DNA from: Octopus bimaculoides | Lineage: Eukaryota | Direction: 5' to 3' | DNA: 64,000 nucleotides | NCBI RefSeq assembly: GCF_001194135.2 | Contig: NC_068982.1 | Location: 172,743,677 to 172,807,676, forward strand | Shown: piece after piece, positions 1-12,149 of the stretch | Numbering within the stretch: position 1 is the first letter of the stretch | Layout: each line of letters opens with the position of its first letter | Made by a program: the position numbers and the translations under genes | The notes under the pieces: model-generated | The model's input: only the letters and a program-made list of their open reading frames with translations | What the model was told of the DNA's origin: nothing | Database searches by the model: none

Positions 1-590
1 GCCTTTTTTTCACTAAACTCTTTCTTTTCTTTTCGTTTTCCTCTCAAAATAATCAAATACCCTCTCACTTTCATCTTCTCTCAAAAACACTCTTTCGATC
101 TACCTCTCTCTCTCTCTCTTTGTATTTCCTCCTGTCTTTCTTTGTCACTCCTCACACTCTTCCTCCTGCATACTTTCCATTTTCCTGTTAGTTCATCTTT
201 CACTCGCTCTTTTATTCCCTCATACTCTCCCTCTCCAAAACACATCTATACTTCCTCTTTCATCCTTTTTTTTTTACTCATTCTCTCTCTCTCTCACTTT
301 ATACACACACAATCGTTTGTCCTTCTGTCTTTCTCACCGTTTCGTATACACCCACAAGTGTACACACATCCACGTGTCATCCTCTCTCACTTTCACACAC
401 AAAAATGTGTCCTTTTTCTTGCTCTTCCTCCACTTCTCTCTGTCACACTTTTCTCACGCCTTCTTCCTCTTCACTAATTGTCTATTTTTCTTTCCTTCTC
501 ACGTTCGATCTACGATAATTGATTTCTCATATTCTACTGTTTTATTATATTTTATATCTTAACCATTCATATATTTCAGTTTTCTTTCTC

Positions 591-626
<36 letters not shown>

Positions 627-800
627 TTCTATATATATCTATATATTTCTATATATATATATATATATTTCTCTCTCTCTCTATATATATATATTTCTAT
701 CTATATATTTCTATCTATCTATCTATGCATTCTCATTCTCTCTCTTTCTCCATTACCTTTTTTTTTATTACTTACTATTTTTTTTATTAACATTTTTCTC
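1..800. repeat. Pyrimidine-rich low-complexity tract with (TCTA)n and (TA)n microsatellites
   Basis: Almost purely C/T with some A on + strand; (ATCT)n about 590-625; TA/CT runs 630-720. Confidence 0.9.
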
Positions 801-1178
801 CTGATAATTAAATCGAACTGTTTAAAGAAAATAGGAGACGGATTGTAATCGTTTAATTAGCGAACTAAGAAGCCATGCATTTATGTGAAAAAACAAAGTG
901 GGATGCTAATACCTTTCTCAAAGACTAAAAATATTTGAAAGCGATTCTTATTTTATCAATCTCTTTGTCGAATCGCTGAATAACAGAAACGGTAGGATCT
1001 TACAAATGTAATGTAATAAGCTGAAAAAAAACTTCGCTTACCTGAGATTATCTAAGTAATTAATAGACAAAACGTTCCTGTATAGGTGTTTAAGATCTGG
1101 GGAAAGAAACTATGCATGGGAGATAACTCCAATATGATCAGTTATTCGAAATTTTTGAGAGTGGATTCGGTTCTGATT

Positions 1179-1530
1179 TTTCAGTCATTGGACTGCAGCC
1201 ATACTGGGGCACCGCCTTGAAGTTTTTTAGTCGAACGACTCGATCCCAGTACTTATTCTATCAGTCACCTATGCCAAACTGCTATGGGAACATAAACAAA
1301 GCAGCATCGGTTATCAAGCGGTGGTGGGGGACAAATACTGAACAGACGTGCATAACTACATGTAAAATGTGCACTCACACACACCGGGTATATTATCAGT
1401 TTCTGTCTACCATATCTACTCACAAGGCTGGGGTTATGCTAGAAGACACTTTCCCAAGGTGCCATGCTGTGAGACTGAACCCAGAACTATGTGGTGCGGG
1501 AAGCAAGTTTCTTACCACACAACCACGCCG
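1179..1530 (-). mobile_element. tRNA-derived SINE, near full length (family 'B': tRNA head + core + 3' module ending AGTC(A/C)AATGACTGAAA)
   Basis: Reverse complement starts GGCGTGGTTGTGTGGTAAG (A-box-like) ... GGGTTCAGTCTC (B-box-like). Homologous to copies at 30240-30470 and 61925-62345. Confidence 0.85.
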
Positions 1531-2809
1531 GTTTATTTAATTAACAAAAATAAATTGTTGTCTTTGTATCTTAATTCTTTACCACTAGCACACCGTCACC
1601 ATACGAGGGAGCCTTCGCGTGGAAGCTTGATATACCAGAGAAAGCAGCCGAATATCTCTCGAATCAAACCCTGCCATCTTTCCTTAGGAAAGAAAGATAA
1701 TTAAAAAACGGCGATGACTCTTGCTGCAATACCACCATTCTTTCCTCTTATGTTTTTGGTCTCTGTGATAATTATTTTCATTGGTTCTCAAACCAACCAC
1801 GTCGACCCTCGCTTCACCTTTTATCTTATCTCTCACTATTTCAATTCTATCAAAACGTATTATTCTCCCCTCCTTTATTTCTACCGGTTTGTCATTCATT
1901 CCATCAATTTTGCTTGCCATTGCAGCCGACACATACTTCGTATTTCTCTCTTCTTTTCTTCCTACTTCTGTTCTTTCTCATGTATGTATGTATGTATGTA
2001 TGGATGCATGCATGACTGTATGTTTTGTGTGTGTTCAAATACTGTTATTCTGCAATATTTCCAACATCATCTTCACCACGTTCCTAACCGCTAGCACCTC
2101 CGTCTTCTTTTCTTTCACCCACATCCCATTTTCTTTCTTCTTTCCCCTTTTAGACATTTTTTGTTTTCACGTAGTCATCCGAGTGTAAACATCTCTTTTT
2201 TATACTTGCACACACATCTTTTTTTATTTCAGTCACTGGACAGCGGTCATTCTGGGGTACTGCTTTAAACATATAATATTTATAATATATATATATATAT
2301 CATATAGACAATATATTCACTAACACACAAATATACATGTGTGTGTGTGTTTATAAAGAAGCCCATCTATCCATTTGTCTACTTTGTCAGTCAGACGCAG
2401 GCAATCATCACTCCCTAGTTACCTATCTTCTTGTTCTTCTCCCACCACGTTCACTCACTTTCTCCATTTACTTTCCAGTGAATACCATCACATACACACT
2501 TATCAGTTCTTTACCCTTTACTTCATTTCCCTCTGTATTTTTATTTTCTTCGTCCTCAAAACCATTGTCGTCAAACCCTATCAACATTATCTGGATTTTT
2601 TCCAAGGAAAATTTATAGTTTTGCAACCTTTCTCTTTCCAAACACATTCGAAGTGTATTCAGCCAGAAAATCCGTGGTTCTATGCATATGTATACATACA
2701 TATGCACACATCCACGATATGAGTGTGTGATTATGTGCATATATATATACGTTCATAATATACACGTATGTGTGTATTTATTCATGTTTTATGTATATAG
2801 TGTTACATT

Positions 2810-2879
<70 letters not shown>

Positions 2880-3168
2880 CATACACACGCGCACATTCGT
2901 AAAATATGATGCGTGCAAAATATAACGTGTATACATAGAAATGCATTTCACATGCAATGTATCCATTCTGTACACATGTGCAGATACTCAGGTACAATGC
3001 ATTTCTATGCACACACGTTATATTCGCGTACATATACAATATTCCATACGTGAAAAATGTATTTAACATATACACACACGCATATACGCATCATACGAAC
3101 AACGTATGTGCTCACGGAAGCACACCCGCGAAAATAACTCCACAAATAAGATTCCCACGCAAGCAGAA

Positions 3169-3239
3169 TTTCCTCCTCTTCCTGCAACTTACTCTTACTT
3201 TTCCTCCTCTTCCTGCAACTTACTCTTACTTTTCCTCCT
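3169..3239. repeat. 31-bp tandem repeat, about 2.3 copies
   Basis: TTTCCTCCTCTTCCTGCAACTTACTCTTACT at 3169-3199 and 3200-3230, plus a partial third copy. Confidence 0.9.
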
Positions 3240-4370
3240 ACACCGGTTTATTTCTCTTATCTTTTCCTTCTCCTTCTCCTCCTCCCCGTGTGTTTTGTTT
3301 TTGTTACTCCTCCTCTTTTCAAGCTTTCTCCCACCACCACGTTTTTCAATCTTACGGTTTTTTTTAATCTAAATCTCTACCTCCTCCTTCGTTACTTTTA
3401 CTACACTCCTCCCCTTTTTTCTTCATCACCATCCTATCTCCTCCTCCCATTTCTTTCTTACACTCCCTCTCCCTCTCTACCATGTATCGTTTTTTTTTAC
3501 TCATTTTTCCTATGAACATTTTTTTCGTCTCTTCCGGATATTTGAATACCTTCCATTTTTTTTTTCCTCCAGATTCTCTCAATCTTTCTTTTACTTTTTC
3601 TTTCTTTCCTTTCTTTTTTTACCTCCACACTTTTTGAATGTATATATCGTAACGTTCACTTCCTTCTCATTTTTCGGATACTGGAATGACTTTACCGTTT
3701 CTGTCCCTTCACTGTTACAATCATCACTCTGTTTACCAATCTTTTAATGTACCCACTCCCTTTTCTGTATATATATTTTATTTCACACACGCTCCACCAC
3801 TTTCATATTTGCATCCCTCTCGCTCTCTCACATCATTCTCTCTAAACTATCCCGCTCTTTTCTCTCCCATACTTTATACTCACCCCTCTAAATTAGTCAC
3901 TCAACATTAATTTCCTACTTATCCTACAAATACACTTCTTTTTACTTTCCTTCTCGTTCCATTCCAATCTCTTCCTCTGCCTTTCGTTATCCTCTTCCTT
4001 ACTCGTTGCTTTTTAACACACGTTTTTGTTTTCACCTTCTGTTTCTCTAATCTCTTCTCCGTCTTTTTCCCCCCATCACTTCTCTCTCTTTCTCTCTCAC
4101 CATCTCTTTCACCATCGTTCTCTGCTTCCCCTATCTTTCGCTTCTTATCCCTTTTTTTCTCTCCCTTTCCTTCATTCATAACTAACTCTTACACATTCTA
4201 CTACACTTGTTCCTTCCTTCGCTTTTTTTCTACAGCCTCTTTCTCCTTATACTTCATCTCTTTGCACACATGCTACACACACACACACACACAATAACGT
4301 ACCTCCCCTCATCCTTCTCCAATAGTCTACCCATCACACCCATACTCATTTATTCTCACTCCCGCTCTTG
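3240..4370. repeat. Degenerate polypyrimidine (CT-rich) tract
   Basis: Strong C/T bias over more than 1 kb on + strand. Confidence 0.85.
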
Positions 4371-5804
4371 CGGCTGTTGTTCATCCTTGCTTTGCAGCTT
4401 CTTCTGTAGATGAATGGACAGGGTAACACTGTTACGAAGAGGAGGAGGAGAGACACCATCACCGTCCCCGTCGTGAACACCACCTTCTTTTAACACACAC
4501 ACACGTGTGTGTGTGTACTCAAAAGAATCATGTATTTCATTTATACAACACGCACAAGCACGCGCGTACATACACACACGTAGACGGAAGACTAAAGTCA
4601 CGTCGTGCTCTCTCAGTCGATTGTACACACACACACACACACACACACACAGGTCTGCATTTGTCTATGTATATATGTGTGTGTGTGTGTGTGAACGCAA
4701 TTATTAGAAGTATACGTGTGCTTACACATTAACAAGACACAAAATCCGTTATCATAAAGCAACGTTCATAACTGCAGACGTCAAGCAAAAGGAACCCTGA
4801 TAACGAGGTCGCTCGGTGTGCTAGAAATAGTAGCCCACTTCCCTCCATTCACAGCATTACCGTCTTGTAAAATGCAATGATGCATTGAATAAAAAGAGTG
4901 TGCGCTATACAAAACGACAAATCATCACGGTTGCAAACACCTTTGACGATAAAGTGTATTGAAAAGGGCCGACCTTGGGCGAAACAACAAGATACAGACG
5001 CGTGCATACACACCAGCGAGAGACACACACACAACACAAGCACGCACGATCAGATATAAAGAGACTGGGGCAACGCAGTGAGCATACGCACCAGACATTA
5101 TATATCTACCCGTTGTCTACTATTATTCCGAGTGCAGGTGTATTTGCTACACTGAGTATTATTAGCGACTCCCCATTCCTATCTTTTGCACACGCGCGCA
5201 CACACACACACACACACAAACACGCTTTTCTCATTTTTATGCACTATGCGTAGACGTATATTGTGTATAAATCTAACTTGCGTATACGTATATTGTGTAT
5301 AAATCTTCAATTCTTTACTTTGTTTTGACGATTACGGCCAAGGCTATGATGGGAGCTGCTTAATCAGTAAATATACATATGCATATTTGTATTATATATA
5401 CGTTGTTATACCTCTGCGCGCGTGTGTGTACATATACACGCGCACCTATGTTTGTATAGTGTATGTATACTTATGTTTGTATAGTATATATATTTATATA
5501 CACACCCGTGTTTGCTGTGTATCTATCTATAGATCTGACGAGCTAGGTAAATGTTTTTTCTTGACGGAGTAAAGGAGAATAGGTGCTTCTCGTGTAAATT
5601 ATTCTCTCGGTGTGTATAGACTTCGGGGCAGTTGTCCGCGTACATACTACGTGCGCATGTTTGCTTGCTGGCTTGTCTATATATGTCAATACGTACGTGT
5701 GTGTACGTGTGTCTGTTCAACTATTACTACATGGCAAGGCAAGCAAGGCTAACAGTGTGTGCTTCACTATAGAAGAAGAAGAAAAAAAAGCCAGCTAACG
5801 AAGC

Positions 5805-6180
5805 AAGTCGGCAGAATAAGAGAGAAAGAAAGAGACAGTGCGGATAGAGAGCATGCGTATGTAAGAGAAAACGATAGATAGATAGAAAGTAGTAAGGAAA
5901 AAACTGAGTGTATGTGAGAAGAATAGAAAGTGAGAGGGTGTGTAAGAGGAGATAGACAAGGAAAGAGTGTGGGTAGGTGAATTAGAAAGAGAGAATGTGA
6001 AAAGGTAGCGAGGAAACTGAGAACGAGAGACAGTGATAGGTGGTAATGATAGATATATACATATGTATGTATAAGAGAGAGAGAGAAAGTGATTGCTAGT
6101 AAAGATATTGAGTGAGTAAAAGAAAGACAGAAAGTAGTAAGAAAACTGAAAGGGTGTGTGTAAGAGAAAGCGATAGGTAG
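5805..6180. repeat. Degenerate polypurine (GA-rich) tract
   Basis: Strong G/A bias on + strand, opposite polarity to 3240-4370. Confidence 0.85.
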
Positions 6181-6774
6181 TACGAAGACGGAGGGTTTCG
6201 CTGTAGACATACAGTCTTCGTAAATGCGTTTTTTTCCGCCCGTTTCTCTCACTCTATCTACACTTTTCTCTCGCTTTCTCTCTCTCTCTCTCTCTGTCTA
6301 TCTATCCGTAGAAACATAGAGTGGGGAGAGGGCAGCAAGACAGGCAACAACAACAAGAGAATTAGCAGCAGCAGCAGTGGCGGCGGCCAGTGAGAAGAGC
6401 TTGTTGTTGCTTGCGCTCTTTGGAAATAGACTAGAAATACGTATACATATATATGTACATACCCACGCAAACATATATACCTATATATATATGTGTATAT
6501 ATATATATATATATACATACATATACAATTAAATGATATAATGTAATATATATATATATACATACATACAAACAAAACAAACTGCACATATATAAATATA
6601 TGTATATTTATAAACATATCTACATAAATATACTCAAACATATATGTATATATATATACCCATGCCTATGTAGGAAGGAAAGTACCTTGTGTGTATTAAC
6701 AAGCGACGCAGCAGACCGTTTATATTGTACTTATTCCACACATGTGCTGGGTTTATAGCACGGCCAAGAACGTC

Positions 6775-7080
6775 CATCATCGTCATTCACTTCCTCTTCA
6801 TCACTATTATTATTATTATTATTATCATAATCATTATCGTTGCTGTTTTACATTCTGTCAATGCATCCCGGAGTATGTCGCTTGCTGCATCTTACTGTTG
6901 TTATTATTATTATTACTACCATCCTTATTCGTGACATCGCCGCATCATCATCATCATCATCATCATCATCACTGTCCGCATCTTATTCATCCTTATCTTC
7001 ATCGTTTTCGTACTCATCAGCGTTATCATCGTCAATGCCACCTCTGCAAGTGTAACCACCACCACCATCCTTTATCAACA
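6775..7080. repeat. Compound trinucleotide low-complexity block (ATT/ATC/CAT/CCA)
   Basis: Visible (TAT)n, (CAT)n and (CCA)n runs. Confidence 0.85.
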
Positions 7081-7172
7081 TGAAAAAAAGCAACAGTATT
7101 ATGACAATACGATTATAGTAAAAGAAAATTCATCGAGAAGAGAAAGCAAAATACGTGTATATATATATATAT

Positions 7173-7208
<36 letters not shown>

Positions 7209-8850
7209 CTTACCATCGTCGTCATATTTCAAAAATCTTTGCTAGCCAAATCGGATATATATGAAAACTATCTGCTTACATTTTGAAAAAAGTAAATTTT
7301 TTTAGTGATATACGAAGTAACCTTTTCTACATCTTTCAGTTTTTCAACACATTTTTACTCGTACACACTTTTTTATAATTTTTTCCCCCTTTTTGTTTGC
7401 TTCCAAATTTCCGCCCTCTTTCTCTTAAATCCAACAAGCCCCAATTTACTCTGTGTGGTTGTGTGTGTGCGTGTATATATATATATATACACGAACGTAC
7501 ATACACGTGTGTTCTGCTCTTGGATTTACAAATGTATATATATTAAAAAAAAAAAATCGCTGTCTTTTAAAAAGAGGATTTAAACCAAATATCATTCAAC
7601 GTTAAACTTTTTAAAACAAAAAATGGATATATATAAAAGAGAAAGAGGAATTACCTTCCGGTTATTAATATTTTTATCATCGTCATAAATTTAGCACACA
7701 AAACAAAAATACTTTGCAGTGTTTAAATTGTTTCATTCTCCCAGATATTTTTTCTCTTTTGTTGGGGGAAAAGAGAATTTATCGTAAAAACAAACCTTCA
7801 GCTCTCCCTCCAACGTAAAAATTACATCAAAAAATATTTTAAAAGGGGAAAAACGTGAGAAAAAAATTAAATTAGCGAAAGACAAAAAAATATGACCCTT
7901 CTCGCACATAAACACATTTATTCACATATATACAAACACATACGCAGACGCAAATATTGAAGTACTAAATAGCACAACAAACAATATTTAACCATGTGGA
8001 GCATTTTACATGCATATCAATATTCTAAAGTTGGACCTACTATTCCTTATCCAAAAGCTACTTACAGGTAAGTGTGGTTTATTTATACATATATATACAT
8101 ATAAGATATATTATATATATATATATACACGCACACTCTACCTACACAGTACCATATAATTGTACGTATACATATTCACATGTATTGTAGTGTGTTTTTA
8201 ATGCATGTTTAACGATGAGAATATTGTGTGTACATGTGTGCGAAGAATTTGGCCAACTGTAACAGGCTATTCTTCCTGCATCTCAGAGTTTGGAGGAATG
8301 GGTACTTGCTACCCTTTTCTACCTTTTTATCATATTTATTTTTCAGAGATCGGGCAATCTAGCAAACAATTTCTAATATACTAGTCACAAAAACACACAC
8401 GCATATATATACACACACAAACACCCGGAGTGTGTGTGGGTTATATACATAGATGAGTATGTTTAATTTTGCTTATATCCACAACGATCTGTCTTCAACT
8501 GTTGTCAGTCGATGATTGATCAAAGCTTCTAAACCAAAACCATAGCAAAAAGAACAGCACTTGATTTTTCGTTCGTTATTTTCGTCGTCAATAAGGACAT
8601 TCGTATTTTTGCTAGCTAGTTAGTTCTTCTGTATTACGAGTAGGCAAAACTAAAACTCACTCACTCGCTCGCTCACGCTGGCAGTATTTGTAGTAAGGTG
8701 TGCGCTCGAGTCAAACACACAAACAATCTAAGAACATAGCACATTGTAACTCCATTATAAACACATATATCATCAGTCTTGCAACACGCGAACCGATTCC
8801 CCAGTATTAACTCTTTGTCTGTCTTTCTGCCATTTAAGCTTCTGTTTGCA

Positions 8851-8883
<33 letters not shown>

Positions 8884-9497
8884 GTGTACGTGTGTTTTGC
8901 TTTCGTCGTATCATTTCGATTGTACTGTCTGTTGTATTGTCATCATTACTTGTCTCAATTAGTAATGCGATTGCTAAAATATAGAGTAAAATCATTTCTG
9001 CGTTCTCTCTCTCTCTCTCTGATCGATATTATATTATTATTGTGATCAATAATGATTTCTTTTATTTGCCACAAGGGCCGTCGAATGAAGGAGACATTAC
9101 AAGGACAAATTTGAAAGAAAATACCGGTAGCAATTTACGTAGAATCGATTATGCAAAAGAAAAAAAAATAATAAATAACAGCGGACGCATTAAAAAAATA
9201 AATGTAAATAATTATAATGTAGAGATGATTTTTCGATCGACAGAATCCACAAATTTGAGGGAAGCAGTTGGATCGATGAAATCGCACCCCACCCCATTTA
9301 CTACTACTACTACTACTACTACTGATCTGATGGTCTTCGATATAAGTACCAGGGGCGTACTGGGGATGGGAATCGAAATAGTCTGCTATTTATCTCTCTA
9401 TCCTCACCCATTTACACAATTCCCAAATATCCTGGCCTTGTGTCACTACTAATAATTATTATTATTATCGTTCTTACTAATAATGTTTATGAGTGTG

Positions 9498-9537
<40 letters not shown>

Positions 9538-10067
9538 TTCTGGTTTTATTTTCCTTTACTTTTGTTTTTGTCTTTATCCAATGTATGAATGTATGAGATT
9601 ACGGTGTCTTCTGTCACTTCACAAAAATATATTAGCTACCGTAGAAAAAAAGAAGAGACAGAGACTGTGAGAATGGAGTAGAGAGAAATCACAGGCGAAA
9701 CAAACATAAAATGATTAACTCAAGTCTGAAACACACACACACACACACACACACACACTATAATGTGTGTGTGTAAGATTTAAAGGAACTGAAACGAACA
9801 GGTTATTGACCGATTCCCCACCACCACCACCTCAACACGGCACTTGATGACGGTGGTGGTGGTGGTGATGGTGATGATGTGTTATTTGTCAGTGTTGTTA
9901 CTGTTGTTGACTTCATTACAGAATTGCTTTTGCTTTCCGAGAAAAAAAAAAGGCTTTGTAAAAAATGTGTTTTAATAACCACTTGAAACTCGGAATACTT
10001 GTTTGTTAATGTTTATCATCATTATTATTTATTATTAGTAGTAGAATGGCCGGGCGTGTGTGTGTTT

Positions 10068-10106
<39 letters not shown>

Positions 10107-10361
10107 GTATTTCTTTTACACTGATGTAAATCATACAGAAGCACATTACAAATGATACATATTTATATGTAAAGATGCTTATTATGCTTAAATATTTGTC
10201 TCTTAATGCACACTGTTACACAATAAACACATATTGTCCTAATTGAATCTTTCCCGACAAAAAAATAGTCGAACGCTCGAACACCTACAGAAACAAACAA
10301 AGCCAGCCGACTGGCGTATTTTCTTTCAGTAAAAGGATTCATAAATACACAGACATAAATA

Positions 10362-10420
<59 letters not shown>

Positions 10421-11029
10421 CGTTTGTCCATTACAATCAACCAGTTAATTAAAAAGCTTTTTTCTTTTCATACACGAACACGTTATCACGAAATTCTACC
10501 TCGAATCTTGATGCAGCTATAATATACATTATGTGTATATATATATATTATATGAACCACATTGATTAAGGCTTTCTCTGATAAATACAGCTATGATATT
10601 CAAACAATTTATCTGTTATACACATTTTTATCAGGCCGAATAATGTTTACGTAAAATATTTCCAACTCTTAATAGATTTTATTCATTTCACCGTACCTAG
10701 GTACTTTCGACCCGAAGTACCTTCCTTACACACGTACTCTCAGATACTTGTAGCGATAGTAAATTAATAATAGTAAGTGGTAGTAGTGGTGTATGTGTGA
10801 AGAGATTGTTTAAAGCATGAAAAAAAGAAAAGAAAAAATACTCATGACTATTTGAGTTAGAATTGCTTAGATGTTGGAAATTTTGTTGGCATGTATGTGT
10901 ATGAAATACACCCACACACGCAACTCTCATTCTCTACATACACGCACACATGCACAACATCTATCCACACATACGTGTGTGTGGATACATAGATAGATAG
11001 GTAGATATGCGCGTGTACCTTCTACATTT

Positions 11030-11390
11030 TCCCTCTCCACCCACAGGGATTATTACAGTAATATAGGACACAAACAGCGCATCCATGTGTGTATTTATAT
11101 GTGTGTAAGTGAGTGTTTTTCTAAATCGCCCTTCGTAAATGGGGCGACTGTATTGTCACAAAAACATTTCGCTGTTGTAAACACGTTTATTTTTCGTTTT
11201 GCTTCACTTCAAAATTCTCGTCGTGTGTGTATGCTGGAGGGGAAATATTAATAGGATTTGTCAATTTTTATCATTAGCTTTTAAATTATTTTTAGAATTA
11301 TTTTATTTAATTTTTTTTCCCGTCTCTTTACAATTTTTCGTAGATTTAAAAATATTTAGCTAACATGCAAACACTTTACACATGTACAAA
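11030..11390 (+). repeat. Unclassified interspersed element, copy 1 (paralog at 16070-16390; inverted partial copy at 11691-11793)
   Basis: Collinear with 16070-16390 from GGATTATTACAGTAATATAGGACA through CATTTCGCTGTTGTAAACA and AATATTAATAGGATTTGTC to ...ATATTT(T)AGCTAA. Confidence 0.85.
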
Positions 11391-11429
11391 TTGTTCATTC
11401 TCTCTGACTCATGTACGTACACACACTCG

Positions 11430-11479
<50 letters not shown>

Positions 11480-11690
11480 TGTGTATGTATAAGGGCGTAG
11501 TGGAGATCCTCCACTTTATGGAGGCAGTGAGTTTCTGAAAATATTGTTGTGACGCGAAATTAATTTTTCCACTTGTATTAATGTTATAAAGTGGGAATGC
11601 GTTCCGACGGATTTTTACCCTGAAAAACAATAATAGTAGCAACATGAACTAACAACACGAACACCTTTATGCATTGATATTAATAATAAT

Positions 11691-11793
11691 AATAATTTAA
11701 AAGCTAATGATAAAAATCTAACAAATCCTTATTAATATTTCCCCTCCAGCATACACACACGACGAGAATTTTGAAGTGAAACAAAACGAAAAA
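11691..11793 (-). repeat. Inverted copy of 11190-11290
   Basis: Manual alignment to the reverse complement of 11190-11290 shows about 4 differences in about 103 bp. Confidence 0.95.
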
Positions 11794-12149
11794 GAAAAAA
11801 ATATGCTCATTAAAACATTTGAAGAGAAATAAATAAGAATCGTAATAGGGTACTTGGGGATGGTCATATCTTGCCATCCCCAAGTATATAACAATATCTG
11901 TTTCAACACACGATTTCACATCAAGAATCTTGCAGAACAAATACATAAACGTTATAGGGTACGTTTTTTACCACAAAAGCTGTTTATTGTGGGAGGAGAG
12001 TGGTGGGGAAATGAGTGTTATTGGCAGAATGAGGGACATTATTTATTCTTCACCTTATAGTTCAACTTTTACTATTCAAATTGTTATATATTTATGGTAC
12101 TTCATCTCTTTGTACAGCCCAGCGTAAAAACCGATTTCATTGTAAGCTC

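Noticed and set aside
4398-4428. Possible microexon (TGTAG|ATGAATGGACAGG|GTAACA) after a long pyrimidine tract
   Set aside because: 13 or 25 nt, not frame-preserving; such signals arise easily by chance next to a CT tract.
5254-5306. 21-bp direct duplication ACGTATATTGTGTATAAATCT
   Set aside because: Local slippage duplication with no further structure.
7650-8073. Minus-strand donor near 7655 and plus-strand CAG|GTAAGT at 8065-8073
   Set aside because: No convincing acceptor or promoter partner; a single consensus donor is expected by chance in 64 kb.
8756-8778. TATAAA followed by TCAGTC
   Set aside because: Spacing is only 19 nt, incompatible with canonical TATA-Inr geometry.
9042-9452. 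136-aa ORF with a plausible acceptor near 9076
   Set aside because: Composition reflects A-rich and (ACT)n DNA; no motif or donor recognised. It may be UTR-like, but is not supportable as CDS.
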